Source: Bacteroidia bacterium
Lineage (GTDB): Bacteria; Bacteroidota; Bacteroidia; NS11-12g; UBA9320
NCBI GenBank assembly: GCA_965216465.1
Contig: CBDCFW010000006.1
Location: 1,235,334 to 1,299,333 of the forward strand
Direction: 5' to 3'
Length of the DNA: 64,000 nucleotides
Part shown: positions 30,272 to 42,100 of the stretch, piece by piece
Numbering within the stretch: the first letter of the stretch is position 1
How the letters are laid out: each line of letters opens with the position of its first letter
The notes under the pieces: generated by a model
Databases searched by the model: none
Told to the model about the DNA's origin: nothing
The model's input: only the letters and a program-made list of their open reading frames with translations
Position numbers and translations under genes: made by a program

Positions 30272-33200
30272 ATGAAATCTATAATTAATAACATTCGGAG
30301 AGTAGCATTTTTGTTGCTTTTGATTTTCTCGATAGAGATTGTCTCTCCTCTTACTGCATTTGCCTTAACTGGAGGCCCATCTCAGCCTGAAGTTCAAAGC
30401 TTTCAACCTGTTGGGGCATCGGATATGGTTGATCTATTTACTGGGGATTTTTCATATAATATACCTCTGCTTGATGTCGATGGTTACCCCATTAATTTAA
30501 GTTATTCTTCAGGGATTTCAAACGACCAAGAGGCAAGTTGGGTAGGATTAGGATGGAACATAAATCCAGGTGTAATCAACAGAGCGATGCGCGGAATTCC
30601 AGATGAGTTTAGCGGAGATCGAATCATTAAGAAACAAAAAACGAAACGAAATTTAACTATCAATGCCAATTTCGCACCTGATGTTGAGTTTTTTGGTAAA
30701 CCAAAAACCAAAAAAACGAAGAGCGGAGATTCTATTAAATATGGTGTAAATCTGGCATACTCTTTAGGAATGAAATGGAACAACTATACTGGGTTTTCTA
30801 TAGAACCAACCTTAAATGCTGGAGTATTTGTAGGCGGAGATAAGGGGACCATGTCTGGCGGACTAGGACTTACGTCTACTTCTAGCGGTTTAACTATATC
30901 TCCAGATATCAGCTATGAGAAAAAGATTGATAAGCTAGACAAAGAGAGCAAGCGTCCAGACTTTATTAAATTTGGTTTAAGTACAAATTATAACGCACTT
31001 AGTGGATTTTCTTCACTAACCATTTCTAAGACCACAATGGACAAAGGTGCGATTGATGATAACAAAAAGAAAAGACGTGGGGCGGGAGCTGGATCTATAA
31101 ATATTGGAATACGATCATATACCCCAGCTATCTCCATGCCGCTTAAGAATTTTAATGGAAGTTTTACCTATAAATTTGGTCCGGATGCGATTGGTTTTTT
31201 TCCAAATGCTACCATTTCAGGATCAGTTTCGGAGCAACATTTGAACGTTCCTGAAACTGGATTGAGAATGCCCGCTTATGGCTACAACAACACCGACAAG
31301 GCGGTAAGAAGTAATGGTGAAATGAGGGCAGTTCAGGATGTGAATAGAGATTGGGATATGCCTTACAGTAAAAATACTCCTGCCTTACCAATTACTAATT
31401 TTACCTATGACTTTCTAAGTGTAAGTGGTCATGGTGTAGGTGGTACTTTTAGACCATTTAGGGGAGATTATGGTTATGTATCTGACAATTACGCTCGTAA
31501 TATTAGCGTAGGTGCATCTATGGGATTGGAAAGTGGATTCGGGAACACCAATGAAACCGGTTTTAAATATGAAGACAATGTAGTAACCACTACAACAAAA
31601 ACATGGGTGCGTCAAAATAGAATGGCTGAAAAATTCTATTACCAGCGTGATAGAGAAGAAGCCGATTATGAGGCTTATACATACAAACAGTTGGGCGAAC
31701 TTTCTGTTGACGATGAGCCTGAATTTTACAACATGATTCAGAACGATAAGGCGGTAAAAGTACAAATTGAAAAAGGTGGAGGCTTTCAAACAAAGGCAAA
31801 TAATGTTCTGGTTGATGCTGCAGATCAAACTTATGAAATGAGTGGAAAAGGTTACCGAACGAAACGCCTTAAAAGAAATCAGACCTTAACCATTGTTTCT
31901 CAAAAAGAACGTATTGCAAGAGGAGATTTGGGGGCTCAAGATCTAACGAATATTCCCGGCCATCACACTTCTGAAATAACCGTTACACGAAACGATGGAG
32001 CTCGCTACATTTATGGAATTCCAGCATACAATCGCACGCAGGAGCAGGTTAGTTTTGCAATTGGAATGGATCGAAATCCTGGCAAGAAAGATCGAGAAAA
32101 TTTTTCAACTTTCCGGGCTAAAATACTGGATGAGAAAGGAGTTTTCCGATATAAAAGTGAACACAACAAAATGGACAATGAATATGGTGTCGATAATTTC
32201 TATTCCAATACCATAATGCCTGCTTATGCGCATTCTTATTTATTGACTTGTGTCTTGTCTTCAGATTATGTTGATTCGGATATGGAACCAGGTCCATCAG
32301 ATCATGATATTGGTAACTATACCCGATTCGAATACGAAAAGCTTCCTGAATTGTATAAGTGGAGAACGCCTTATGAGAATTTTGAAGCCAACTACAATGA
32401 GGGGTTGAAGTCAGACTTTTCGGATGACCAGGCAAGTTATGTTTATGGAGAAAAAGAAGTGTGGTTTTTAAGTAAGATAGAATCAAAAAATACAATTGCA
32501 ATCTTTCATACCTCCGCACGTCACGATGGTTATGGTGTTGCAAATGAAAATGGAGGTCGAAGTACATCAACCCCTTCTACTCACAAGCTTGACAAAATAA
32601 GCTTGTATTCTAAAAAAGACTATGAAGATAACGGTCAGAATGCAGTGCCAATTAAAGAAGTACACTTTGAATATGACTACCACCTGTGCCCTAACGTGCC
32701 AAACAATGACGGCCAACCGGAATTAGATGCGAATAATGATGATCTTAATGAAGACAAAGGCAAGCTGACCCTAACTCGCGTCTATTTTACATATGGTAAT
32801 TCAAACAAAGCTAAATTTAGTCCTTATGTGTTTGATTATTCAGATTTCAACCCAGATTACGGGCTAAAGAATTACGACAGATGGGGAAATTACAAAGCAC
32901 CGGCAACAGGCTCAGACTTATTTGATTCTCAGTCAGAAATGACCAATTCTGAGAATCCTTATGTTGGCAAAGACAAGACGAACGCAGATCTCTACGCTTC
33001 TGCATGGACACTCAAAAGTATTAACCTACCTTCTGGGGGAACGATTTCAATAGAAGTTGAGGCCGATGATTATGCCTATGTTCAAGACGAGGTGGCTCAT
33101 GAGATGTTCAGAATTGTTGAAACTGGAAATTCAGAGGCCAGTTTGGAGGATGCAAGTCCAACTGCTAAATTAATGGATATAGACAACAACGACGAGGTCT

Positions 33201-35701
33201 ACCAATGGGTTAAATTTCCTTTAAAGTCAACTCTTGATCCTTCTACGACCGATGATGAGTTTAAAGAGATGTATACCCAAGGTATAGAGAATAACATTTA
33301 TTTTAAATGCTTAGTGGACATAACCGGTAAGCAAGACTATGAATATGTTAATGGTTACTGCCAAATCAGTGACGCTGGCTTGGTAGATAATGGGGGAAGT
33401 CCATACGAATATGGATGGCTCAAAATAAATAAGGTGCCAAAAAATAGTTTGGGTCTTGGTGATTATGTACATCCAATTTCTAAGGCTGCATGGACGTTCG
33501 GGTTAAACGCTATGCCACAACGTGTTATTGGTAAAGATTGGGATGATAATGGAGGATTTAAAGATTTTCTTCGGGTGCTTGGAGATGCAACTTTTGTTAA
33601 AGGATTGGTGCAAGCGTTTAAGGGTCCAAATGATGTAATTAAATCAAATGGTGGAGGCGTGAATATTTCGAGTACTAAATCACTCATTCGACTAAAGACC
33701 CCTGATTTAAAGAAAATCGGAGGAGGATTACGTGTTAAGAAGATATTAGTATCAGATGAGTGGGCTACAATGGCCAACGCTGCAACAAATCCGTCTCAAG
33801 TAATTGGATCTGAATATTCGTATACAATGCAAGAAGATAGATACGATGATCCTATATCTTCAGGTGTTGCTGCATGGGAGCCAGCGATTGGGAATGATGA
33901 AAATCCATTGCGTATTCCTATCTACTATGGAGACGAAGATGCAAGAGTAATTTCAATCAAAAATGTAGATTATCTTGAAGGGCCAATTGGCGAGAGTTTC
34001 TATCCCAATCCAAGTGTTGGATACCGAACGGTTACTGTTAAATCCTTATCACACAACGATATTAACCGTCACGCTACAGGTAAAACAGTACATAAATTCT
34101 ACACTGCGAAAGAATTTCCTGTCATTTCTGAGCAAACTTCAATTACCCCAGTTAAGAGCAGAACCCCAAGCTTATTAGCTGGTATAAACCCCTATTCAAG
34201 AGATCACATGGCAGCCTCTCAAGGCTATGCCATTCAAGTAAATGATATGCACGGCAAACAGCGCTCGGTAGAAGTGTATCAAGAGGGAAATACTGATCCC
34301 ATTTCAGGGGCAAAATATATCTACCAATCCGATCCTTACGAAGAAGGATCTTGGAAATTGAATAATACCTGTACTGTTGTTCGTCCAGATGGAAGCACTG
34401 ACCAGCGAGAAATTGGAGTAGAATTTGACTTTGTTATGGACTTCAGACAGCAACAAACTCTGGGTATTTCTCGTTCGGTAAGTCCGCAAGTAAGTACATT
34501 CTTAGCCGCCTTTTTGCCGGGAGTAGTTCCTTCAATATGGCCGGGCCTAAGTGTTGATGACACTCGATTTAGAAGTGCGGTGACAACTAAAGTCATTAAT
34601 CGATACGGAATATTAAGCGAGGTTGTAGCCTTTGATTTAGGCTCTGAGATAAGTACGAAAAATCTGGCGTATGATTCTGAAACAGGACTGGTACTGCTAA
34701 CTCAAACAGTGAACGAATTTGAGGATGACATTTACAACTTTAACTATCCAGCGCACTGGTATTACGATGGAATGGGTCAAGCTTATAAAAACTTAGGATT
34801 AGAGTTTGCAAGCATAACGCTGACCTCAGGAATACTTTCAGGCGTAGAAAATGCTCACACCTACTTTGTTCCTGGAGATGAGCTTTTACTCGACAATAAG
34901 AAAAAGGCATGGGTGCTGAGTGTTAATGGGGAAGATGTCACCATTATAAATAAAGCAGGAGGAATAATTACAGGCACATACAGTACCTTAAAAATAATCC
35001 GCTCTGGAAGAAGGAATATGATTGGTGTTGGCATGGGAAGCATGGTAACAATGGAGAATCCTTTACCTTTTTTACAAAGCAATCAGTTTAATAAAGTACT
35101 GAATACTTCAACCCAAGAGTATAAAGAGGATTGGGAGACATTTTGTGAATGCTACAATAATTTAGGTTCGCCGATGATTTCAACCAGTAATCCATACCTG
35201 AATGGGGTAAAAGGAACGTGGAGACCGTTTAAGTCGTATGCCTATTTAACTCCGAGAAACCATACGTGGGACGACAACAATACGAACATTCGTGAAGATG
35301 GAATCTATTCCCGTTACAATCCTTTTTGGATATGGGGAGACAATGCTTGGGGAATTGATCAAACCAACTGGACTTGGACTTCTGAAATAACGAAATACAC
35401 CCCTTATGGGGCTGAGATTGAAAATATGGATGCCTTATACCGTTATAGCTCAGCGGTTTATGGCTACAATAAATCAATTCCCACAGCAGTGGGGAGCAAC
35501 ATGCAGTATCGTGAAATCGCTTTTGATGGATTTGAAGACTACGACTACTCGAGTTGTGCAGACGACCACTTTAGCTATAGACCATACATAGCTGATGTAA
35601 CGGAAGAAGCCGCACATACAGGTAGAAGTAGTTTGAAAACGGGAAATGGAGACAGTGCTGTGGTTATAAAGACTTTAGTTGACTGTGAAGAAGGAATATA
35701 G
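30272..35701 (+). CDS. Large secreted YD/TcB-like shell protein (1809 aa)
   Basis: MVDLFTGDFSYNIPL...ASWVGLGW (SpvB/TcB-like start), GGGLRVKKI, VGYRTVTV, IAFDGFE...AHTG. Confidence 0.75.
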   Translation: MKSIINNIRRVAFLLLLIFSIEIVSPLTAFALTGGPSQPEVQSFQPVGASDMVDLFTGDFSYNIPLLDVDGYPINLSYSSGISNDQEASWVGLGWNINPGVINRAMRGIPDEFSGDRIIKKQKTKRNLTINANFAPDVEFFGKPKTKKTKSGDSIKYGVNLAYSLGMKWNNYTGFSIEPTLNAGVFVGGDKGTMSGGLGLTSTSSGLTISPDISYEKKIDKLDKESKRPDFIKFGLSTNYNALSGFSSLTISKTTMDKGAIDDNKKKRRGAGAGSINIGIRSYTPAISMPLKNFNGSFTYKFGPDAIGFFPNATISGSVSEQHLNVPETGLRMPAYGYNNTDKAVRSNGEMRAVQDVNRDWDMPYSKNTPALPITNFTYDFLSVSGHGVGGTFRPFRGDYGYVSDNYARNISVGASMGLESGFGNTNETGFKYEDNVVTTTTKTWVRQNRMAEKFYYQRDREEADYEAYTYKQLGELSVDDEPEFYNMIQNDKAVKVQIEKGGGFQTKANNVLVDAADQTYEMSGKGYRTKRLKRNQTLTIVSQKERIARGDLGAQDLTNIPGHHTSEITVTRNDGARYIYGIPAYNRTQEQVSFAIGMDRNPGKKDRENFSTFRAKILDEKGVFRYKSEHNKMDNEYGVDNFYSNTIMPAYAHSYLLTCVLSSDYVDSDMEPGPSDHDIGNYTRFEYEKLPELYKWRTPYENFEANYNEGLKSDFSDDQASYVYGEKEVWFLSKIESKNTIAIFHTSARHDGYGVANENGGRSTSTPSTHKLDKISLYSKKDYEDNGQNAVPIKEVHFEYDYHLCPNVPNNDGQPELDANNDDLNEDKGKLTLTRVYFTYGNSNKAKFSPYVFDYSDFNPDYGLKNYDRWGNYKAPATGSDLFDSQSEMTNSENPYVGKDKTNADLYASAWTLKSINLPSGGTISIEVEADDYAYVQDEVAHEMFRIVETGNSEASLEDASPTAKLMDIDNNDEVYQWVKFPLKSTLDPSTTDDEFKEMYTQGIENNIYFKCLVDITGKQDYEYVNGYCQISDAGLVDNGGSPYEYGWLKINKVPKNSLGLGDYVHPISKAAWTFGLNAMPQRVIGKDWDDNGGFKDFLRVLGDATFVKGLVQAFKGPNDVIKSNGGGVNISSTKSLIRLKTPDLKKIGGGLRVKKILVSDEWATMANAATNPSQVIGSEYSYTMQEDRYDDPISSGVAAWEPAIGNDENPLRIPIYYGDEDARVISIKNVDYLEGPIGESFYPNPSVGYRTVTVKSLSHNDINRHATGKTVHKFYTAKEFPVISEQTSITPVKSRTPSLLAGINPYSRDHMAASQGYAIQVNDMHGKQRSVEVYQEGNTDPISGAKYIYQSDPYEEGSWKLNNTCTVVRPDGSTDQREIGVEFDFVMDFRQQQTLGISRSVSPQVSTFLAAFLPGVVPSIWPGLSVDDTRFRSAVTTKVINRYGILSEVVAFDLGSEISTKNLAYDSETGLVLLTQTVNEFEDDIYNFNYPAHWYYDGMGQAYKNLGLEFASITLTSGILSGVENAHTYFVPGDELLLDNKKKAWVLSVNGEDVTIINKAGGIITGTYSTLKIIRSGRRNMIGVGMGSMVTMENPLPFLQSNQFNKVLNTSTQEYKEDWETFCECYNNLGSPMISTSNPYLNGVKGTWRPFKSYAYLTPRNHTWDDNNTNIREDGIYSRYNPFWIWGDNAWGIDQTNWTWTSEITKYTPYGAEIENMDALYRYSSAVYGYNKSIPTAVGSNMQYREIAFDGFEDYDYSSCADDHFSYRPYIADVTEEAAHTGRSSLKTGNGDSAVVIKTLVDCEEGI

Positions 35702-35719
35702 AAAATTAAAAAAGTACAA

Positions 35720-36298
35720 ATGAAAAACAAGTTAAAAACAAGACTTAAAGTGTTAACTCTATTGAGTGTTTTATCAATTATCAGTGTGGCTATTGTAAGC
35801 TGTGGACCAGAAAATAATCCCGAACCAGGAGGTGGAGATGATCCAACATCCAATTTTAAGGAAGAATTTCTAATACTTGATGGGGTGCGTTATGAAGCTG
35901 ATGATTTCAGTGCGAAAATTTTAAAAGATAACAATAGTGAGGATATTCTTGAGATTCAGGTTGATGGAGTTTATCCAAAGCTATTTTTGACACATGAACG
36001 TGAACAAAATTCGGATACGGTAGTGTGCAGAGATTATGAACCTTTTTGGGGTGCACTCTATGACCCTGATTTTGATACCTATTATGTTCAAGTATGGTAC
36101 ACAAAAGGACCTCTCCCAAATCATTGTCAGTATATGCCACGTAACGAACCTCCTTCGCCTCATGAAAAATATGAGTTGACGAAAGTTGATGGTAAATACG
36201 TGTCTGAATTTGGAAAAATCCAAGTTCAATGTGGTGATCAAGGAGCCGGAGAAGAATGGGTTACCGTGGAAGGCTATGTAATCTGGGAAGAAAAATAA
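35720..36298 (+). CDS. Hypothetical lipoprotein
   Basis: Lipobox IVSC followed by an acidic linker. Confidence 0.7.
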   Translation: MKNKLKTRLKVLTLLSVLSIISVAIVSCGPENNPEPGGGDDPTSNFKEEFLILDGVRYEADDFSAKILKDNNSEDILEIQVDGVYPKLFLTHEREQNSDTVVCRDYEPFWGALYDPDFDTYYVQVWYTKGPLPNHCQYMPRNEPPSPHEKYELTKVDGKYVSEFGKIQVQCGDQGAGEEWVTVEGYVIWEEK

Positions 36299-36335
36299 AC
36301 TTATTCTATGGAAACTCTAATTTAAAACTAAAACT

Positions 36336-38498
36336 ATGAAAAATTCGAGAATACTCATATTTATATGTTATTCACTGTTCTGGCAACTTTCATTTGCTCA
36401 CAGTGTTGTTGAAACGGAAAAATTGCTAGAGGAGAAAAGCGTGGTATCGTTTATTCTTCAAAAAGGAAATGAATTGAACTGGGACCAAAAGATTTTACAA
36501 GTCTTCGTTTTTAAGAACTTCGTTGAATTGGAGGATGATGTATTGAAGACAGCGAATTTGGCCTTTCATGAACACATGGAACTAAACGAATTGGCTGTTG
36601 TTTTGGACGAAATTAACTCCAAGTACAATGGCATGCTGGAAGCATTTGATTCTGAGATGAAGGCGGACCCCAATCTGATTGAATCTTCAATTGCCGAAAT
36701 GAATTCAATTGCTCAAGCATCAGCCGCCTCAAACTGTACCAATGTAGGTTTTGAAAGTGGGGCATTTACTAACTGGGAAGTACGTTTGGGCTATCGTTGG
36801 TACTGTGATTATTCAAGAGAGACGACCAACTTAAACTGTTTCAATTTTAATCCATCTTCATATGCAATCGCCAATGCTGCAAATACTTCTAATCCACAAT
36901 TTGGAAATCGATTGGAGATTATTGACAAGAATACTGTTCCAAATTTATATGACGATTTTGTAGGAGGTGAAGCCTTACCTATGGTGAGTCCTGATGGAGG
37001 TAATTACTCCATTCGCCTCGAGAACAAGACCAATGGATACGGTGCTACCGAGATCAGTTACGAATTTGTTGTAGATCCTAATAACCCCTTCTTTGAGTAT
37101 CAGTTTGCCGCCGTGATGGAGGATCCTGGGGAAAGCCACCCGGCAGAGAGCAAGCCATTCTTTTCGGTGAAAATTTATGAAGACAATGGAGACGAAATTG
37201 AGTGTGCACGATATATTGTAATTGCGGATTCTGAAGATAAATACTTCGAAACCAATATTTATAAAGAAGTTCCAGGCAAAGGAGGATTTAAGTACTGTGA
37301 CTGGCAAAAAATTGCTATCCCATTATCTGAATTCGCTAATGAAACATTAACTATTAAGTTTATAGCATCAGATTGTCCTTGGGGCGGACACATGGGCTAT
37401 GCATATGTAGACGGGTCGTGCTTTAACGCATCTATTACCCAATCAGATTGTAATCTAGATGGTACGAGAGATCTTGAATTTCCTGAAGGATTTGATTCAT
37501 ATCTTTGGCTTGGTCATGAATTGGTTACAACCAATTCCAGTCGGTCAATTAAGGTAAGAGGAGAAGGACCATTTAAGCTGATGGCTCATTCGCGTGGGTG
37601 CATGCATATTGACACAATATCTCTCTCCACTTGTGATCAACCTCCTGCACCTAGCTGTGCCCTATCCTTGAGCAATGTAAATGTTACGGCGTGTGATATT
37701 GAGAATGAACATAACGTTACGGGTACGGTTTCAATATCACTGTCAAATTATTCGGGACAACATCATGTACTAGTGACCAACGGAATTCAAGAACAGGTTT
37801 TTGAATACGTAGAAAATACATCACTTAACTTTTCGTTTGAGAATTTGTATTCAGATGGAGAGCAGCGTGAAATAAAAGCCTATTTATTTACAGATGAATT
37901 TTTCGCAAAAGATGCAGCTATTTGTACCCAAACAACAACATACAATGCCCCTGAATCTTGTATAACTTTTCCGCAGAGTTGTGCGTGCATTGGCTCATTT
38001 GCACCTATTCAAAAAGACAAGGTTGTACACGGAATTACCGAATCAGGTATTTATGTCTTGGGTGCATGGATTAAGGAACACAATGCTCCGGCAACCCAAA
38101 TAAGCTACGACGATGCGTATATACGCGTTGAGTTTTACAATGGGGCTACCCAGTTAACCTCAACTAGCTTCAATGCTTCAGGAATGATTATTGACGGTTG
38201 GCAGCGCATACATGAGGAATTTGAAGTTCCACCTACCGCAACATCAATTCAAGTTATTCTAGGCACAACCAGTGGCGAAGCTTATTTTGATGATATCCGT
38301 ATCTACCCTAAAGATGGAAGTATGCAATCGTATGTATATGACCCGGTTAGCTTAAAACTGGTAGCGTCACTCGATGAGAACAATTACGCAACACTGTACG
38401 AGTACGACAACGAAGGGCGACTAATACGAACCAAAAAAGAAACCGAAAGAGGAATAATAACTATACAAGAAAACAGACAAAGCACTATTAAACAATAA
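36336..38498 (+). CDS. Secreted Cys-rich/carbohydrate-binding-like protein with a YD-repeat C-terminus
   Basis: Signal peptide; CTNVGFESG...GYAYVD; DDIRIYP...SYVYDP...DENNYATLYEYDNEGRL. Confidence 0.75.
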   Translation: MKNSRILIFICYSLFWQLSFAHSVVETEKLLEEKSVVSFILQKGNELNWDQKILQVFVFKNFVELEDDVLKTANLAFHEHMELNELAVVLDEINSKYNGMLEAFDSEMKADPNLIESSIAEMNSIAQASAASNCTNVGFESGAFTNWEVRLGYRWYCDYSRETTNLNCFNFNPSSYAIANAANTSNPQFGNRLEIIDKNTVPNLYDDFVGGEALPMVSPDGGNYSIRLENKTNGYGATEISYEFVVDPNNPFFEYQFAAVMEDPGESHPAESKPFFSVKIYEDNGDEIECARYIVIADSEDKYFETNIYKEVPGKGGFKYCDWQKIAIPLSEFANETLTIKFIASDCPWGGHMGYAYVDGSCFNASITQSDCNLDGTRDLEFPEGFDSYLWLGHELVTTNSSRSIKVRGEGPFKLMAHSRGCMHIDTISLSTCDQPPAPSCALSLSNVNVTACDIENEHNVTGTVSISLSNYSGQHHVLVTNGIQEQVFEYVENTSLNFSFENLYSDGEQREIKAYLFTDEFFAKDAAICTQTTTYNAPESCITFPQSCACIGSFAPIQKDKVVHGITESGIYVLGAWIKEHNAPATQISYDDAYIRVEFYNGATQLTSTSFNASGMIIDGWQRIHEEFEVPPTATSIQVILGTTSGEAYFDDIRIYPKDGSMQSYVYDPVSLKLVASLDENNYATLYEYDNEGRLIRTKKETERGIITIQENRQSTIKQ

Positions 38499-38502
38499 GA
38501 CG

Positions 38503-39159
38503 ATGAAAAACCTACTCACCCTTCTTCTTCTGGGGTTATTTTGGAATGCCACTGCCCAAGATGAGCAAATTGCATCCATGCTCCAAAAAGTTGACCAATC
38601 AATGCGGTCTTCAGAAAATCTTCATTTGGAGTTTACTACTCAAGTCAAGAATTTACAAAGTGGAGAAGTGGAAGAGAATACAACGACTTATTGGAAATCA
38701 GGAAATAAAATTAGAACAAAGCTTGGGAGCTATGAATCTGTCTCAGACGGAAAAGTGCAATTGCACATTGATCACGACGAGAAAAAGATTATTGCCAACA
38801 AGCCTGCAGCAGTAGAAAGTATTGCAGAAGTTGATTTTCAATCCTCACTTAAGTTTTGTGCCAAAAAACTCTTGAAAGATACCTTGGGTCAGCATTTGAT
38901 AGAATTGCACTTCGATTCAAGCTATCCGATTTCTACATTATTTATCTATCTGAAAAAAGATAAATTAACCAAGGTGGTGATTAGCTCTCGTGGATCAACA
39001 CCAACTTTAGTAACCGTTTCTTACGATGTTTTTGACACGTCACCAACTATTTCATCTAAAAAGTTTGATGTGAAAAAATTCATAAACTACAAGAACGGAA
39101 ATATGACTCAAACAATTGACTACCAATCCTATAAACTCTATAATCTATTGAAAGCTTAA
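38503..39159 (+). CDS. LolA-like periplasmic protein
   Basis: Signal peptide; KSGNKIR...VSDGK..LHIDHDEKKII. Confidence 0.55.
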   Translation: MKNLLTLLLLGLFWNATAQDEQIASMLQKVDQSMRSSENLHLEFTTQVKNLQSGEVEENTTTYWKSGNKIRTKLGSYESVSDGKVQLHIDHDEKKIIANKPAAVESIAEVDFQSSLKFCAKKLLKDTLGQHLIELHFDSSYPISTLFIYLKKDKLTKVVISSRGSTPTLVTVSYDVFDTSPTISSKKFDVKKFINYKNGNMTQTIDYQSYKLYNLLKA

Positions 39160-39161
39160 CT

Positions 39162-42100
39162 ATGAAAAGACTTAAACTCATACTTGCCGGGATTTTACTT
39201 TACTCTGCATCATCTTTTGGTGCGTTTTATCCTACATCACAGGTTCAAAATTCAGTAAATTTTGGTACCACATTGACCTTGCAGGAGCTCAATTATAGTT
39301 CGCTTCCAGGAATGTTGGGCTATACCAATGTTTCGGTTAAGAACTATGTTCAACTAAGTGTTGATTGGGATAATTATACTTACCATAATAAGTATTCTTA
39401 TCTTATTGAAATAGAGTTGAAAACGAAAAACAGTGCTTTACAGCAAAGCACCCAGGTTATCACAATACCTATAGAGTATGATCCCAATGCAAATCCCGGG
39501 ACCTCGTATAGTGACAAATCAACTTATCGTTTTACCGATGCACATCAAATCGATGCTAAAGTGTTGAGTGCATATGATGTAATCAATAAAACTCCTGTTA
39601 CGCTTGCTAGTTTGCCGTCGAATATTTTGATGACCTCGTACATTGGTATTGAACGTTTTGAAGACTTTAATACTTCAACTACAGTTTGCCCGAGTACCAG
39701 TCTTATTACGCATGCAGGTAGTCCGTCTCCAGACGAGTTAGAATTGGAATGGAGTGCAGTTGCAGGTGCAGAAGAATACGAAGTGCAGTGGACGTTTGTA
39801 GACAATTATGCAGACGACTTTGGTGCCATTCCAGCTTCGAGCATAGGCTACGATTTTGATCAAAATTGTTCTAAAGTACGCTTATCGGCAGAAACAAAAT
39901 TTAATATTAGCCTAATCTATGAACGAGGCTACGTGATATACCGTGTTCGGGCAATTGGTCGATCACAAACTGATTTTAAACATCATATTCTTGGTGACTG
40001 GGAAGTTCCTGATAATGCAACTAGTTTAACAACACTTTCATGCGGTTACTATTACTTAACAGACGCTTTTGAATCCGGATTAAACTGGCAATATAGCATG
40101 GCATATGCGGAAGAAGGAAAGAGAAAGGAAGTTATAAGCTATTATGATGGAGCTAATAAAAACAGACAAGCGGTAACTGCAACAAACTCAAAAGACACAT
40201 TAGCGATAGTGGGCGAATCGGTTTACGACTACAATGGCAGAAAAGCGATTGACATTCTTCCGGTGCCTACTCAATCTCCAGCACTTCGCTATTATGAAGA
40301 TTTTAATATGAACGCTGGCGCTAGCCAGCATTACGGTTGGGAAGACTTTGATAAAGACGGAAGCTCTGATTGTGAATCGGCTTTAGGAGCACTTTCAACT
40401 AGCAGTGGTGCAGCGCAATATTACAGTTCGAACAATCCAGATCAAACTGATGAGAATGCGTTTATCCCAGATGCAGGAGGATATCCTTTTGCACAAGTTG
40501 AATATACTCCAGACAATACTGGACGGGTGAGAAGACAAGGAGGGGTAGGAGAAACACATCAATTGGGTGCTGATCCTTGGGCAGATAAGTCTACAAAATA
40601 CTTTTATGGAAAACCAACACAGATAGAACTTGATCGATTGTTTGGTAACGAAGTAGGCTATGCAGTTCACTACAAAAAAAATATGGTGGTAGATCCCAAC
40701 GGGCAGGTGAGCATTTCTTACCTCAATTTAGCAGGCCAGGTAATTGCCACGTCGCTTTCTGGAGAGAAACCAGGCAATGTTAAGCAGTTGCCCAATTTTG
40801 AGAATTCGATTTCCCTTTCTTCAGAACTGCTGAATAAAAATCACTTAGGAAACTATATCTCCAACAAGATTAACCAAGATTTTGATGGAATCGAATTTAG
40901 AACCACGTTTGTAACAGGTGTAGCTGGTATACATACATTTACATACTCCACTACAGCTCAGCAGTTTTTTGACAATTGCTTGGGTTCGTTCTGTATGGAT
41001 TGTGCTTACGACCTCGTATTTGAGGTGTGGGACGACTGCGGAAACTTGGTAACATCTAAAACACAGTACATCGGGCCGAGCGAATTAAACATGAGCTGTG
41101 AAACAGTAAGCTATACGTCACCAGCTTGGGATGTTCAGCTTACAAAAGGTTCATACAACATTGTTAAACGCCTAGAAATCAACAAGGAAGCATACGATTA
41201 TTATTTGAATGAGTATCTCAGTGAATCAAACAATACATGTATTACAACCATGGCTGACTTGATTGTTGAAGAAAAGAATAAACTCGATTACACTGGCTGT
41301 GAAATTGATTGTGATGATTGTGTGGATGAGCTTGGTAGCTTAGATGAGTTTATAGCTAAAAACTATGGAACAGAAGAAGAGTGGCTAGAAGAGTACAATA
41401 ATTGCGTAGCAGCCTGCCAAGGAGTGAGTCTGTGTGAAAACATTTTCCAAATGATGAAGATGGACGTTACTCCTGGAGCACAATATGCTAAATACCAGAT
41501 TGATGGCGAAGTGGGAGTAGACCCATCAGCGTACCCTTTAAGCTTGCTGAACGAAAGCAACAACTTGCCTCATCCGAATGCAAACTGGAGAAATCCTGTA
41601 AAACTTGATGGGAGCGGCGATGAATATAGGGATGAAGATGGTGAAATTAGTAGGATCTATCTCTCACGAGACGAGGAGGGGAATTACACTCCTGCCTGCA
41701 ATCCAGCCTTTATTCTTTTTGATCCTGTTGAAGGCCCTTACACAAAACCTGAAAACTTAACTAATGTTGAAGACTTTATCTTCTATTGGCAACAGTCTTG
41801 GGCAGAATCATTAGTCTACTACCATCCAGAATATGGATATGTAGAATGGTGTCAAGATTTTAATTTAAAACGCGAGGGCCAAAATGTGATGAATAGTGAT
41901 GAGTTTGACAATTTTATCTCTTCGCAAGACAATTATGCTGAAGCTAACAGCAATAATTTGACTACCGATGATATTGATCACCTGCTGGATATGGACCCGT
42001 TCTTTAAAATCTTCACAACCGAAAAAGCTAATATGCAAGCTTTGTTAGCTGATTTTAATGGAACATCTTATGACGCTATGGATTTTGCAGCGTTGGTAAA

